Shown: positions 37,901 through 48,518 of the stretch, in pieces | Numbering within the stretch: the stretch's first letter is position 1 | Layout of the letters: each line of letters starts with the position of its first letter | Assembly (NCBI GenBank): GCA_002269645.1 | Contig: NIVC01003638.1 | Coordinates: 22,320 to 86,319, forward strand | Direction: 5' to 3' | DNA: 64,000 nt | From: Macrostomum lignano | Lineage: Eukaryota | Made by a program: the position numbers and the translations under genes | The notes under the pieces: generated by a model | Seen by the model: only the letters and a program-made list of their open reading frames with translations | Told to the model about the DNA's origin: nothing | The model's database searches: none

Positions 37901-40900
37901 AGATGGAGGACAACGTGCTGCAGCACGAGCAGATGGTACAGCAGCTGCGCAAGAAGCAGCAGGATGCCGTCAACGAGCTCTCTGAGCAGGTTGACCAGCT
38001 GCAGAAGACCAAGTCCAAGGTTGAGAAGGAGAAGTCGCAGTTCAAGGCCGAGCTGGAAGATCTGCACTCCCAGCTGGAGCACGTCAGCAAGGCCAAGGCT
38101 AACGCCGAGAAGAACGCCAAGACCCTGGACGGCCAGTTGAGCGACCTGCAGGCCCGCCTCGACGAGGCCACCCGACAGATCGGCGACCTGCAGTCGCAGA
38201 AGAACCGCGCCGCGCAGGAGGGCGGCGAACTCGGCCGCAAGCTGGAGGAGGCCGAGGCCCAGCTCGGCCAGCTGAGCAAGGCCAAGCAGCAGCTCACCCA
38301 GCAGCTGGAGGAGGCCAGGCGCAACCTGGAAGACGAGAGCCGGCTGAAGTCCAAGCTGAGCTCGGACGTGCGCAACCTGAACGCCGACCTGGACCAGATC
38401 CGGGAGCAGCTGGAGGAGGAGCAGGAGGCCAAGTCCGACCTGCAGCGTCAGCTGGCCAAAGCCCAGAGCGAGGCTCAGCAGTGGCGCTCCAAGTACGAGA
38501 GCGGCGGCGGCGGCGGCGGCGAGGAGGTCGAGGAGCTGAAACGCCGCCTGCAATCCAAGCTGCTGGAGGCCCAGGTGAGTCCATTAATTAAGCCAATAAG
38601 CAAAATCTTGGTTTCATCATCTCCCAGCCGCACGGCCGGTTTTCTAATCCTCATCTACCCTCGCTCACCTTCGCCAATCCGCAGGACGAGATGGAGAGTG
38701 CCAAGGCCAAGCTGGCGCAGGTGGAGAAGGCCCGCAACCGCCTGCAGGCCGAACTGGAGGACGCCACCGTCGACCTCGAGCGCTCCACCCTGCTGGCCTC
38801 TCAGCTGGAGAAGAAGCAGAAGAACTTCGACAAAACCCTGGCCGAGTGGCAGCAGAAGTACCAGAGCGCCCAGTCTGATCTGGAATCGACGCAGCGGGAA
38901 TCCCGCGGCTATTCCGCCGAGATCTTCAAGCTGAAGGCTCAGCTGGAGGAGGCCCGCGACCAGACCGAGGCGGTTAGGCGAGAAAACAAGAGTCTTGCCG
39001 ATGAGATCCGCGACCTTACTGAGCAGCTGGGCGAAGGTGGCCGCAACGTGCACGAGGTGGACAAGGCCCGTCGCCGCCTGGAGATGGAGAAGGAAGAGCT
39101 GCAGGCCGCCCTTGAGGAGGCCGAGTCTGCGCTTGAGCAGGTGGGCTTGATTCCAGAGGCATTCTGGCGTTATCTAATTAGAGCCGAGAATAAGAGATTC
39201 TACCTGTGTAATTATGCAGTTATCTATGGCAGGGTTCCACCTGTGTAATTATGCAGTTATCTATGGCAGGGTTCCACCTGTGTAATTATGCAGTTATCTA
39301 TGGCAGGGTTCCACCTGTGTAATTATGCAATTATCTATGGCAGGGTTCCACCTGTGTAATTATGCAGTTATCTATGGCCGGGTTCCACCTGTGTAATTAT
39401 GCAGTTATCTATGGCCGGGTTCCACCTGTGTAATTATGCAGTTATCTATGGCCGAGTTCCACCTGTGTAATTATGCAGTTATCTATGGCCGGGTTCCACC
39501 TGTGTAATTATGCAGTTATCTATGGCCGGGTTCCACCTGTGTAATTATGCAGTTATCTATGGCCGGGTTTCACCTGTGTAATTATGCAGTTATCTATGGC
39601 CGGATTCCACCTGTGTAATTATGCAGTTATCTATGGCCGAGTTCCACCTGTGTAATTATGCAGTTATCTATGGCCGAGTTCCACCTGTGTAATCATGCAA
39701 TTATCTATGGCCGGGTTTCACCTGTGTAAATATGGAATTGTCTATGGCCGAGTTCCACCTGTGTAATTATGCAGTTATCCATGGCAGGGTTCCACCTGTG
39801 TAATTATGCAATTATCTATGGCCGGGTTCCACCTGGAGATTTTTTGGGAGCAGATTCTCTTCGGAAATTTGGCAGTCTCAATAGAAATATAAAAGCCAAA
39901 AATTTGCCCATAACTACTGACAGTAGCCTCGCACTTTTCACCAACGAAAATTTCAACATTACACCTCGCCCAGGAGGAGGCCAAGGTAGCCCGCACCCAG
40001 CTGGAGCTCGCCCAGGTGCGCCAGGACATCGACCGTCGCATCGCTGAGAAAGAGGAAGAGTTCGAGAGCACCAGGAAGAACCACCAGCGCGCCATGGACT
40101 CGATGGCCGCCACCGTGGACGCCGAGGCCAAAGGCAAGGCGGAGGTGCAGCGCCAGAAGAAGAAGCTGGAGCAGGACATCAACGAGCTGGAGGTGGCTCT
40201 GGACAGCGCCAACCGGGCCCGCGCCGATGCCGACAAGACCGTGAAGAAGTACCAGCAGCAGCTGCGCGAGATTCAGGTGAGAGTTGAGACTTTTTTCTTC
40301 ATTTCTGGCAAGTCTGGCCCCAGATCTGACAAGTCTGGCCCCAGATCTGACAAGTCTGGCCCCAGATCTGACAAGTCTGGCCCCAGATCTGACAAGTCTG
40401 ACCCCAGATCTGACAAGTCTGGCCCCAGATCTGACAAGTCTGACCCCAGATCTGACAAGTCTGGCCCCAGATCTGACAAGTCTGACCCCAGATCTGACAA
40501 GTCTGACCCCAGATCTGACAAGTCTGACCCCAGATCTGACAAGTCTGACCCCAGATCTGACAAGTCTGACCCCAGATCTGACAAGTCTGACCCCAGATCT
40601 GACAAGTCTGACCCCAGATCTGACAAGTCTGAGCCCAGATCTGACAAGTCTGAGCCCAGATCTGACAAGTCTGAGCCCAGATCTGACAAGTCTGAGCCCA
40701 GATCTGACAAGTCTGACCCCAGATCTGACAAGTCTGACCCCAGATCTGACAAGTCTGACCCCAGATCTGACAAGTCTGACCCCAGATCTGACAAGTCTGA
40801 CCCCAGATCTTACAAGTCTGACCCCAATCTGACTTATTTGATTATTTGAATTTATCAGTTTTTCATTTCATGAGCTACTTCACTTACTGCAAGTAGCAAT

Positions 40901-42711
40901 ACGCAAATATGCATCAATAGAAATATGCACGCCCCAATCGCAGTCGCAAGTGGAAGACGAGCAGCGCCAGCGTGACGAGGCCGCGAGCAGGCCATGTCGG
41001 CTGAGCGCAAGCTCAACATGTTCACCACCGAGCTTGACGAGCTGCGCACCCAGCTCGAATCCGCCGAACGGGCGCGCAAGGCGGCCGAATCCGAGCGCAT
41101 GGAGGCCTCCGATCGCATCGGCGAGCTCAGCGCCTCCAACGCGTCTCTCAGCGCCACCAAGCGCAAGCTGGAGGCCGACATCAACGCTATGCGCGGCGAC
41201 CTCGACGAGCAGCACAACGAGGCGCGCAACGCCGAGGAGCGCGCCAAGAAGGCCGCCATGGACACGCAGCGCCTCGCCGACGAGGTCCGCGTCGAGCAGG
41301 AGCACGCGCTGCACGCCGAGAAGGCCCGGCGCCAGATGGAGAACGCGCTGAAGGAGCTGCAGGCCCGTCTGGACGCGGCCGAGGGCGGCGCTGCCAAGGG
41401 CGGCAAGCGCGAGCTGGCCAAGCTGGAGTCGCGGGTGCGCGACCTCGAGGGCGAGCTGGACGCCGAGCAGCGCCGGCACCAGGAGACGCAGAAGAACGCC
41501 AGGAAGTCCGAGCGCCGACTCAAGGAGCTGTCGTTTGCTGTGAGCAGGGCTGGTCGAGATAAGAATGGGTCATTGGACTTTGAGAGATATGAGGCATTAA
41601 ACGATGAGGGTCATAAGTCATTGAACACTGAGGGTCATGAGTCATTGGACACTGAGGGTCATGAGTCATTGGACACTGAGAGACATGAGTCATTGGATAA
41701 TTTGGAGACAGAAGTCATTAGACACTGAGGGTCATGAGTCATTGGACACTGAGACATGAGTCCTTGGACACTGAGACATGAGCCACTGGACACTGAGACA
41801 TGAGCCATTGGACACTGAGACATGAGCCATTGGACACTGAGACATGAGCCACTGGACACTGAGACATGAGCCATTGGACACTGAGACATGAGTCACTGGA
41901 CACTGAGACATGAGCCACTGGACACTGAGACATGAGTCATTGGACACTGAGACATGAGCCACTGGACACTGAGACATGAGCCACTGGACAAAGAGACATG
42001 AGTCATTCAGAGACAATCCGCACTGTCAAGTCACTACAAAAAATCTTCGCTGCCGTCACTCAACCTGCAGTCGGAGGAGGAGCGCAAGAACCAGGCCAAG
42101 CTGCAGGAGCTGGTTGAGAAGCTCCAGTCCAAGGTCAAGGCCTACAAGCGCCAGGTCGAGGAGGCTGAGGAGATCGCCGCCATCAATCTGGCCAAGTTTC
42201 GCAAGGTGCAGCACGACCTGGAGGAGTCCGAGGAGAGGGCCGAGGTGGCCGAGCAGAGCCTCACCAAGTTCCGCTCCAAGAGCCGCACGAGCGTCAGCGT
42301 CACCCGGGGCCCCAGCGCCGCCCCCGCCGGAGGGGTGAGTCACAGACTGGGCGATGAGTCATGGGGAGTCTGAGGTTGGAGCGATGAGTCATGATGGGGG
42401 AATGAGTCATGATGGGGGGAATGAGTGATTATGGGGAATGAGTCATTATGGGGGAATGAGTCATGATGGGGGAATGAGTCATGATGGGGGAATGAGTCAT
42501 GATGGGGGAATGGGTTATTATGGGGGAATGAGTCATGATGGGGGAATGAGTCATGATGGGGGAATGGGTTATTATGGGGGAATGAGTGATTATGGGGGAA
42601 TGAGTCATGATGGGGGAATCTGACGTAGGAGCGATAAGTAATTTTTGGAATCTAAGATCACTCTCACTTGTGTTTTTTCTTTCTAACTTGCAGTTTTTCG
42701 ACGACATGTGA
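31977..42711 (+). CDS. Mhc: Myosin II heavy chain, muscle type (motor, neck, coiled-coil rod), 16 coding exons, ~1943 aa; one apparent 1-nt deletion at ~40981
   Basis: Exons 31977-32174, 32264-32407, 32587-32743, 32830-32857, 33185-33299, 34577-34669, 34748-34811, 34903-35985, 36072-36139, 36246-36451, 36537-38574, 38685-39140, 39974-40276, 40944-41539, 42071-42334, 42694-42711. Motifs: P-loop GESGAGKT, switch I NNNSSRF, switch [38 protein letters not shown], long heptad rod ending [14 protein letters not shown]. Total 5831 nt, 5832 after restoring one base. Confidence 0.97.
33480..34012. repeat. Minisatellite, 49-nt unit CGGCAATGTACACTTGGGAGGGTAGGGGATAGAGAGAACGATCTTTGAC, myosin intron 5
   Basis: About 11 units; the period is confirmed by the 49-aa cycle in the ORF track. 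Confidence 0.95.
39200..39835. repeat. Minisatellite, 37-nt unit CACCTGTGTAATTATGCAGTTATCTATGGC(C/A)GGGTTC, myosin intron 12
   Basis: About 17 units. Confidence 0.95.
40303..40830. repeat. Minisatellite, 21-nt unit TCTGACAAGTCTG(A/G)CCCCAGA, myosin intron 13
   Basis: About 25 units; variants occur in contiguous blocks. Confidence 0.96.
41600..42008. repeat. Minisatellite, 22-24-nt unit GGACACTGAG(A/GGT)CATGAG(T/C)CA(T/C)T, myosin intron 14
   Basis: Visible tandem array. Confidence 0.92.
42345..42620. repeat. Minisatellite, 18-nt unit AATGAGTCATGATGGGGG, myosin intron 15
   Basis: Visible tandem array. Confidence 0.93.
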
Positions 42712-42935
42712 GGAGGCCGTGGACTTTCCCGCTTGGCTCGGGGTTGACACAGCGGTCTCGCTCGCCGCTCTGACTCAGACCCTCGCGTTTCGCCTCACCT
42801 TTAAACCCGTAACGTTCTGTTTTTTTAAAAACCTCTTAGACAGTTACACTGACTCTTAGGCCTCCTCTGTCTACCCCTCTCCGCTCTCTCTCTCCTCCAG
42901 TGAGAATTTAACAAAATTCAGCTAAAATGTAACAA

Positions 42936-43050
42936 AATAAATAATTAACACTAGCATAACAACAGGGTTTGGGCGCGCGGTTCTTCTACAAACTCAACTA
43001 GCAATTTTGCGGAGAGCAGAGACTGGCGTTCGGATGCCAAGCACAATAAA
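42936..43050 (+). terminator. Candidate polyadenylation signals of the myosin gene
   Basis: AATAAA at 42936-42941 and 43045-43050, 225-340 nt after the stop codon at 42711; U-rich sequence follows the second one. Confidence 0.45.
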
Positions 43051-43870
43051 AGTTCATTTCAATTTTGGCACTACTTATTATTTGTTCCACTTTCTTTTGC
43101 TAATTTTATTTCTGCTTTTTAGCAAACCAATTATACAGGGGAGAGAGAGATCTGAGTTAATTCGACCAGTTTGTTATTATTAAACGAATTTTCGTTGCCA
43201 AGCAAAACGATGCAGAGTTAGCTGAATCTCTCTCTCCCCTGGACTCGCCCATCTGGAACGCTCTCTCCCCTCTGCGTGGTCAGAGACTTTGCGGAGAACC
43301 CGCAGGTGAACTTTCGCTAGCAATAAAATCTCAGTTAATCGTTTAGCAAAATATTGTAGCCCAGTCATAAATTTGGTCAAATGTCACTATTTTAACCCTT
43401 CGCTTTGATACCCCACCTCTCTAGTGAATATTAATTATTACGTACCTAATTAACTCTTTTTCAATTGAATTTTATCGAGTTGTTTTGTTAGCAAAATACA
43501 ACAGCTGCAGAAAGCGAACGGTTCAGCACGGCATACTTTTCTGTTTTGATCTTCAATTAAAAAAATAATTCACACTTTATTAATTAGCAATATTCACGCA
43601 CCGGCCTCGACTATTTAAACAATTTTTTTCTCAGATTTTTTGTCTTTATTATTTTTGCCTTACGTTTTTACGACAGCGGCTTGTTTGCAAGTGCCTCTAA
43701 AAGTTAAGCAAAGTGGGTTGGGGTTAGTTCGCAGCTTATTGTATCAACCAGTTGGAGTCACAGTGAGCGAATGACGTAAATGGAATCAATATTTGCAGGA
43801 GGTCGTTTGGCATCACATCGGCTCACAGTTAGCGATGACGGCAATTCTGCTGACTACTGAGCTCAAACAC

Positions 43871-44765
43871 GAGTAGATTCGGAGTAGATTCAGAGTAGAT
43901 TCAGAGTAGATTCGGAGTAGATTCGGAGTAGATTCGGAGTAGATTCGGAGTAGCTTCGGAGTAGATTCAGAGTAGATTTGGAATAGATTCGGAGTAGATT
44001 CGGAGTAGATTCAGAGTAGATTCAGAGTAGATTCAGAATAGATTCAGAGTAGATTCGGAGTAAATTCGGAGTAGATTCGGAGTAGATTCAGAGTAGATTC
44101 AGAGTAGATTCGGAGTAAGATTCGGAGTAGATTCAGAGTAGATTCGGAGTAGATTCAGAGTAGATTCAGAGTAGATTCGGAGTAGATTCGGAGTAGATTC
44201 AGAGTAGATTCGGAGTAGATTCAGAGTAGATTCGGAGTAGATTTGGAGTAGATTCAGAGTAGATTCGGAGTAAGATTCAGAGTAGATTCAGAGTAGATTC
44301 AGAGTAGATTCAGAGTAGATTCAGAGTAGATTCGGAGTAGATTCGGAGTAGATTCGGAGTAGATTCAGAGAAGATTCGGAGTAGATTCGGAGTAGATTCG
44401 GAGTAGATTCAGAATAGATTCGGAGTAGATTCAGAGAAGATTCGGAGTAGATTCGGAGTAGATTCGGAGTAGATTCAGAATAGATTCGGAGTAGATTCAG
44501 AGTAGATTCGGAGTAGATTCAGAGTAGATTCGGAGTAGATTCGGAGTAGATTCGGAGTAGATTCAGAATAGATTCAGAGTAGATTCAGAGTAGATTCAGA
44601 GTAGATTCGGAGTAAGATTCGGAGTAGATTCGGAGTAGATTCAGAATAGATTCAGAGTAGATTCAGAGTAGATTCAGAGTAGATTCGGAGTAAGATTCGG
44701 AGTAGATTCAGAGTAGATTCAGAGTAGTTTCAGAGTAGATTCGGAGTAGATTCAGAGTACATTCA
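43871..44765. repeat. Minisatellite, 11-nt unit GAGTAGATTC(G/A)
   Basis: About 80 units between myosin and crumbs. Confidence 0.96.
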
Positions 44766-44969
44766 GGCATATTCGGCTGCATTTGCAGTAGACTCATACA
44801 GTCGCAGACTTGATTGAATTTTGTTTAAAACTAAACAAGCAGTAAGCATTGACACCAATTGATTCCAAAAGCAGATCAACTTTGGCTGATCAATCAGAGG
44901 GCCAACTCGAATAATTGTATAGAAGTGTCATCAATTTTTTGCAGAATCTGCTTCCACGGCGGTGCCAAG

Positions 44970-45222
44970 ACACAGAACCGATGCCAGACACTCAGTGAGA
45001 TACAGAATCGATGCCAGACACTCAGTGAGATACAGAATCGATGCCAGACACTCAGTGAGACACAGAATCGATGCCAGACACTCAGTGAGACACAGAATCG
45101 ATGCCGGACACTCAGTGAGATACGGATCGATGTCAGACACTCAGTGAGACACAGAATCGATGTCAGTCTCTCAGTGGGACACAGAATCGATGTCAGACAG
45201 ACATCAGTGGGACAGAACATCA
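44970..45222. repeat. Minisatellite, 30-nt unit CAGAATCGATGCCAGACACTCAGTGAGA(T/C)A
   Basis: About 8 units. Confidence 0.92.
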
Positions 45223-45941
45223 GTTAACCAGACAATGTGACACACCGATCATATTTCAACTGTCATTAGCTCCGTAATGCTGATGGATTGACATGCACTC
45301 AGAACACTTCAATTTTGCTACTTGTATTGAAATATAACGTAATTATAAATGTATATCACGTTATCTACATGTAGTTCAGTACGTAATCATTAAATGCGTG
45401 TACTTTTACATTTTGTTGGTTTATATTAACTAAGCCTAATTAATTTCATAGCAAAAAAGCAATGAAGATACAAAACAATTTCAAATTTTTACAACCCAAG
45501 AGAAAGCTTGTTGAAATCTTTTTTTGTAATTTAGATTTTGAAACTTTTGTGCACTGTCTAACCGTCTACTTTGATAATAAAATAATGCAAGCATACAGTA
45601 CGCGTGTTCCATGGTGACTTTTAGTATTGATGTACTTTTATTTGAAGTTTAATAGTACATATAGAGACTGATTCTGTACAGGTGATATAGCTATTAGTTC
45701 ACTGATGACATTTAGGTGATTAATAATTTATTATTAATGACTTTTCAATAGGAATAATTAGCAAATATTCAAATAAAACCGAGATCAAACTGATTCCTTG
45801 CTTTATAATCTGGCAACCTGCATATTGCCAAGCACGATATTGTCATCCAGCTCTGTGTCCGCCTCCCTGACTGCCAAGCCGGGCGGACCGTCTGCAATAA
45901 CAGCATAGCGGAGACAGGAAAGATCACTGGGCTGTTGTGCG

Positions 45942-46513
45942 GTGGGTAGATTGGGTGGATTTGTGTGGGTAGACTGTGGATTGGGTAGATTTGAGTGGAT
46001 AGATTACGAATTGGGTAGATTTGAGTGGATAGACTGTGGATTGGGTAGATTTGAGTGGGTAGACTGTGGATTGGGTAGATTTGAGTGGATAGACTGTGGA
46101 TTGGGTAGATTTGAGTGGGTAGACTGTGGATTGGGTAGATTTCAGTGGATAGATTGTGGATTGGGCAGATTTCAGTGGGTAGACTGTGGATTGGGTAGAT
46201 TTCAGTGGGTAGGCTGTGGATTGGGTAGATTTTAGTGGGTAGACTGTGGATTGGGTAGATTTCAGTGGGTAGACTGTGGATTGGGTAGATTCCAGTGGGT
46301 AGACTGTGGATTGGGTAGATTCCAGTGGGTAGACTGTGGATTGGGTAGATTCCAGTGGGTAGACTGTGGATTGGGTAAATTTGAGTGGGTAGACTGTGGA
46401 TTGGGTAGATTTCAGTAGGTAGACTGTGGATTGGGTAGATTTGAGTGGGTAGACTGTGGACTAGGTAGATTTGAGTGGGTAGACTGTGGATTGGGTAGAT
46501 TTCAGTGGGTAGA
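45942..46513. repeat. Minisatellite, 30-nt unit GGGTAGATTT(G/C)AGTGG(G/A)TAGACTGTGGATT
   Basis: About 19 units. Confidence 0.95.
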
Positions 46514-47214
46514 TTAATTTAGTTTAGTTTAGAGAGTGGATAAATTTGAGACGCTAAATAACACTTGAACAAATATTAGAATACATAAAATGTAACGCAA
46601 ATAAAATAACAAAATTCGAAGTCCTCTAATCAGAATTTTGTTCAGAGTTTAAAGACGTTTTAAAGGATGCAGTTCCTGTACAAGCCGGCTTGACTTTAAA
46701 CTGCTGCTACTACTCACAGCCTACGCATGCGAGTAGTATATGCAAATCTACACCAGTTTTAGGTTTAATTTAATACTTCGCATCAATAAAAACTCAATTC
46801 GACTCGCTCGCAAACATATCAGGCAAGTAAAAAAGTACATTTAATAAAAACCAACACTCAAAGGAAAGAATATTTTTAGTCTTGGCGCCACACAAAAAAT
46901 AAACTGATAAACGTCCGTTTCTACTCAATCATGCTAGAAAAAGTAGTATGGCGATGAGAAAAACACCTGTAAATATGGAATGATAAATAGGTCAAATTAA
47001 TACAAAAAGGTAAGCGGTTAAACACGAGATTAGGTGAGAAGATCCGGTGTCCCAGAAGCGTTTCAGAAAAAATAGACATTAACAGAGAGGTTCACTAGAA
47101 AGTACAGAATTTCACTGCATTCTGTGGAGACTCGAGCATTTAGCAGCTGATAAACCTCTACATGTATATAAAAGAAATATGCCACATTAGAACTGCTCTA
47201 TCTACGAATACCTA

Positions 47215-48003
47215 TGTCTAACAGGTGACATTCCCTATCTAACAGGTGAAATTCCCCTGTCTAACAGGTGACACTAATGTCTAACATGTGACATTCCCTG
47301 TCAAACAGGTGACATTCCCTGTCTAATAGGTGACACCCATGTCTAACATGTGACATTCCCTGTCCAACAGGTGACATTCTCTGTCTAATAGGTGACACCC
47401 ATGTCTAACATGTGACATTCCCTGTCCAACAGGTGACATTCCCTGTCTAATAGGTGACATTCCCTGTCCAACAGGTGACATTCCCTGTCCAACAGGTGAC
47501 ATTCCCTGTCCAACAGGTGACATTCCCTGTCCAACAGGTGACATTCCCTGTCTAATAGGTGACACCAATGTCTAACATGTGACATTCCCTGTCCAACAGG
47601 TGACATTCCCTGTCTAATAGGTGACACCCATGTCTAACAGGTGACACCCATGTCTAACAGGTGACATTACATGTCTAACAGGTGACACCCATGTCTAACA
47701 GGTGACATTACCTGTCTAATAGGTGACACCAATGTCTAACATGTGACATTCTCTGTCTAACAGGTGACACCAATGTCTAACATGTGACATTCCCTGTCCA
47801 ACAGGTGACATTCGATGTCCAACAGGTGACACCAATGCCTGACAGGTGACATTCCCTGTCCAATAGGTGACATTCCCTGTCTAACAGGTGACACCCATGC
47901 CTCACAGGTGACATTTCCTATCTAACAACAGATGACAACAGGTAATACCATGTCTAACAAATGACACCTTAAAACGTGACATTTCCCTGTCTAGCAGGTG
48001 ACA
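47215..48003. repeat. Minisatellite, ~21-nt unit (C/T)AACAGGTGACATTCCCTGTC with GACACC(C/A)ATGTC variants
   Basis: Visible tandem array downstream of the crumbs stop codon. Confidence 0.92.
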
Positions 48004-48518
48004 CCGCAGTACATCATTGTGAACTTCAGAAATAAGAGCTACATTAAATCACTTCAACGAGCCCAAACCAATTATTAAAAATGTAAAAAAGTGCAAAAAT
48101 GCAAAACTTCCAACACAGCCATACGCGCAATGTACAAAGACATGCACTGTTACTATTATAAAATAATAACAGTACATCAGGTCAATGTAATACATAAAGT
48201 GCCAATGTTCTACATCTGGTTAGCTATTAAATAATGATAACAATTCAGTTAAACAATTATTTAATGGAAAAATAAATATCAATCGCCCATTAGTAATAGA
48301 AAAAATTAACAAAATGCAAATTATACATCGCATTATACAGCTACTACTGTTGAAAGTAGAGTAGACAGACTTTAATAAACACTTGCGATCAACTTTCCGA
48401 TAGGTTACTTAGTCATGCAAATCCGATAAAATGCGTTTTTATATGAAATATCCGATCCCCCAGCCCGGTGTGGACTAAACTAAAACAAAAATAATAACGA
48501 AACAAAATTGGCGCCAAT

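Noticed and set aside
37113-38584. Long antisense ORFs over the myosin rod exon (and similar ones over other GC-rich exons)
   Set aside because: Shadow ORFs caused by strong GC3 codon bias on the sense strand.
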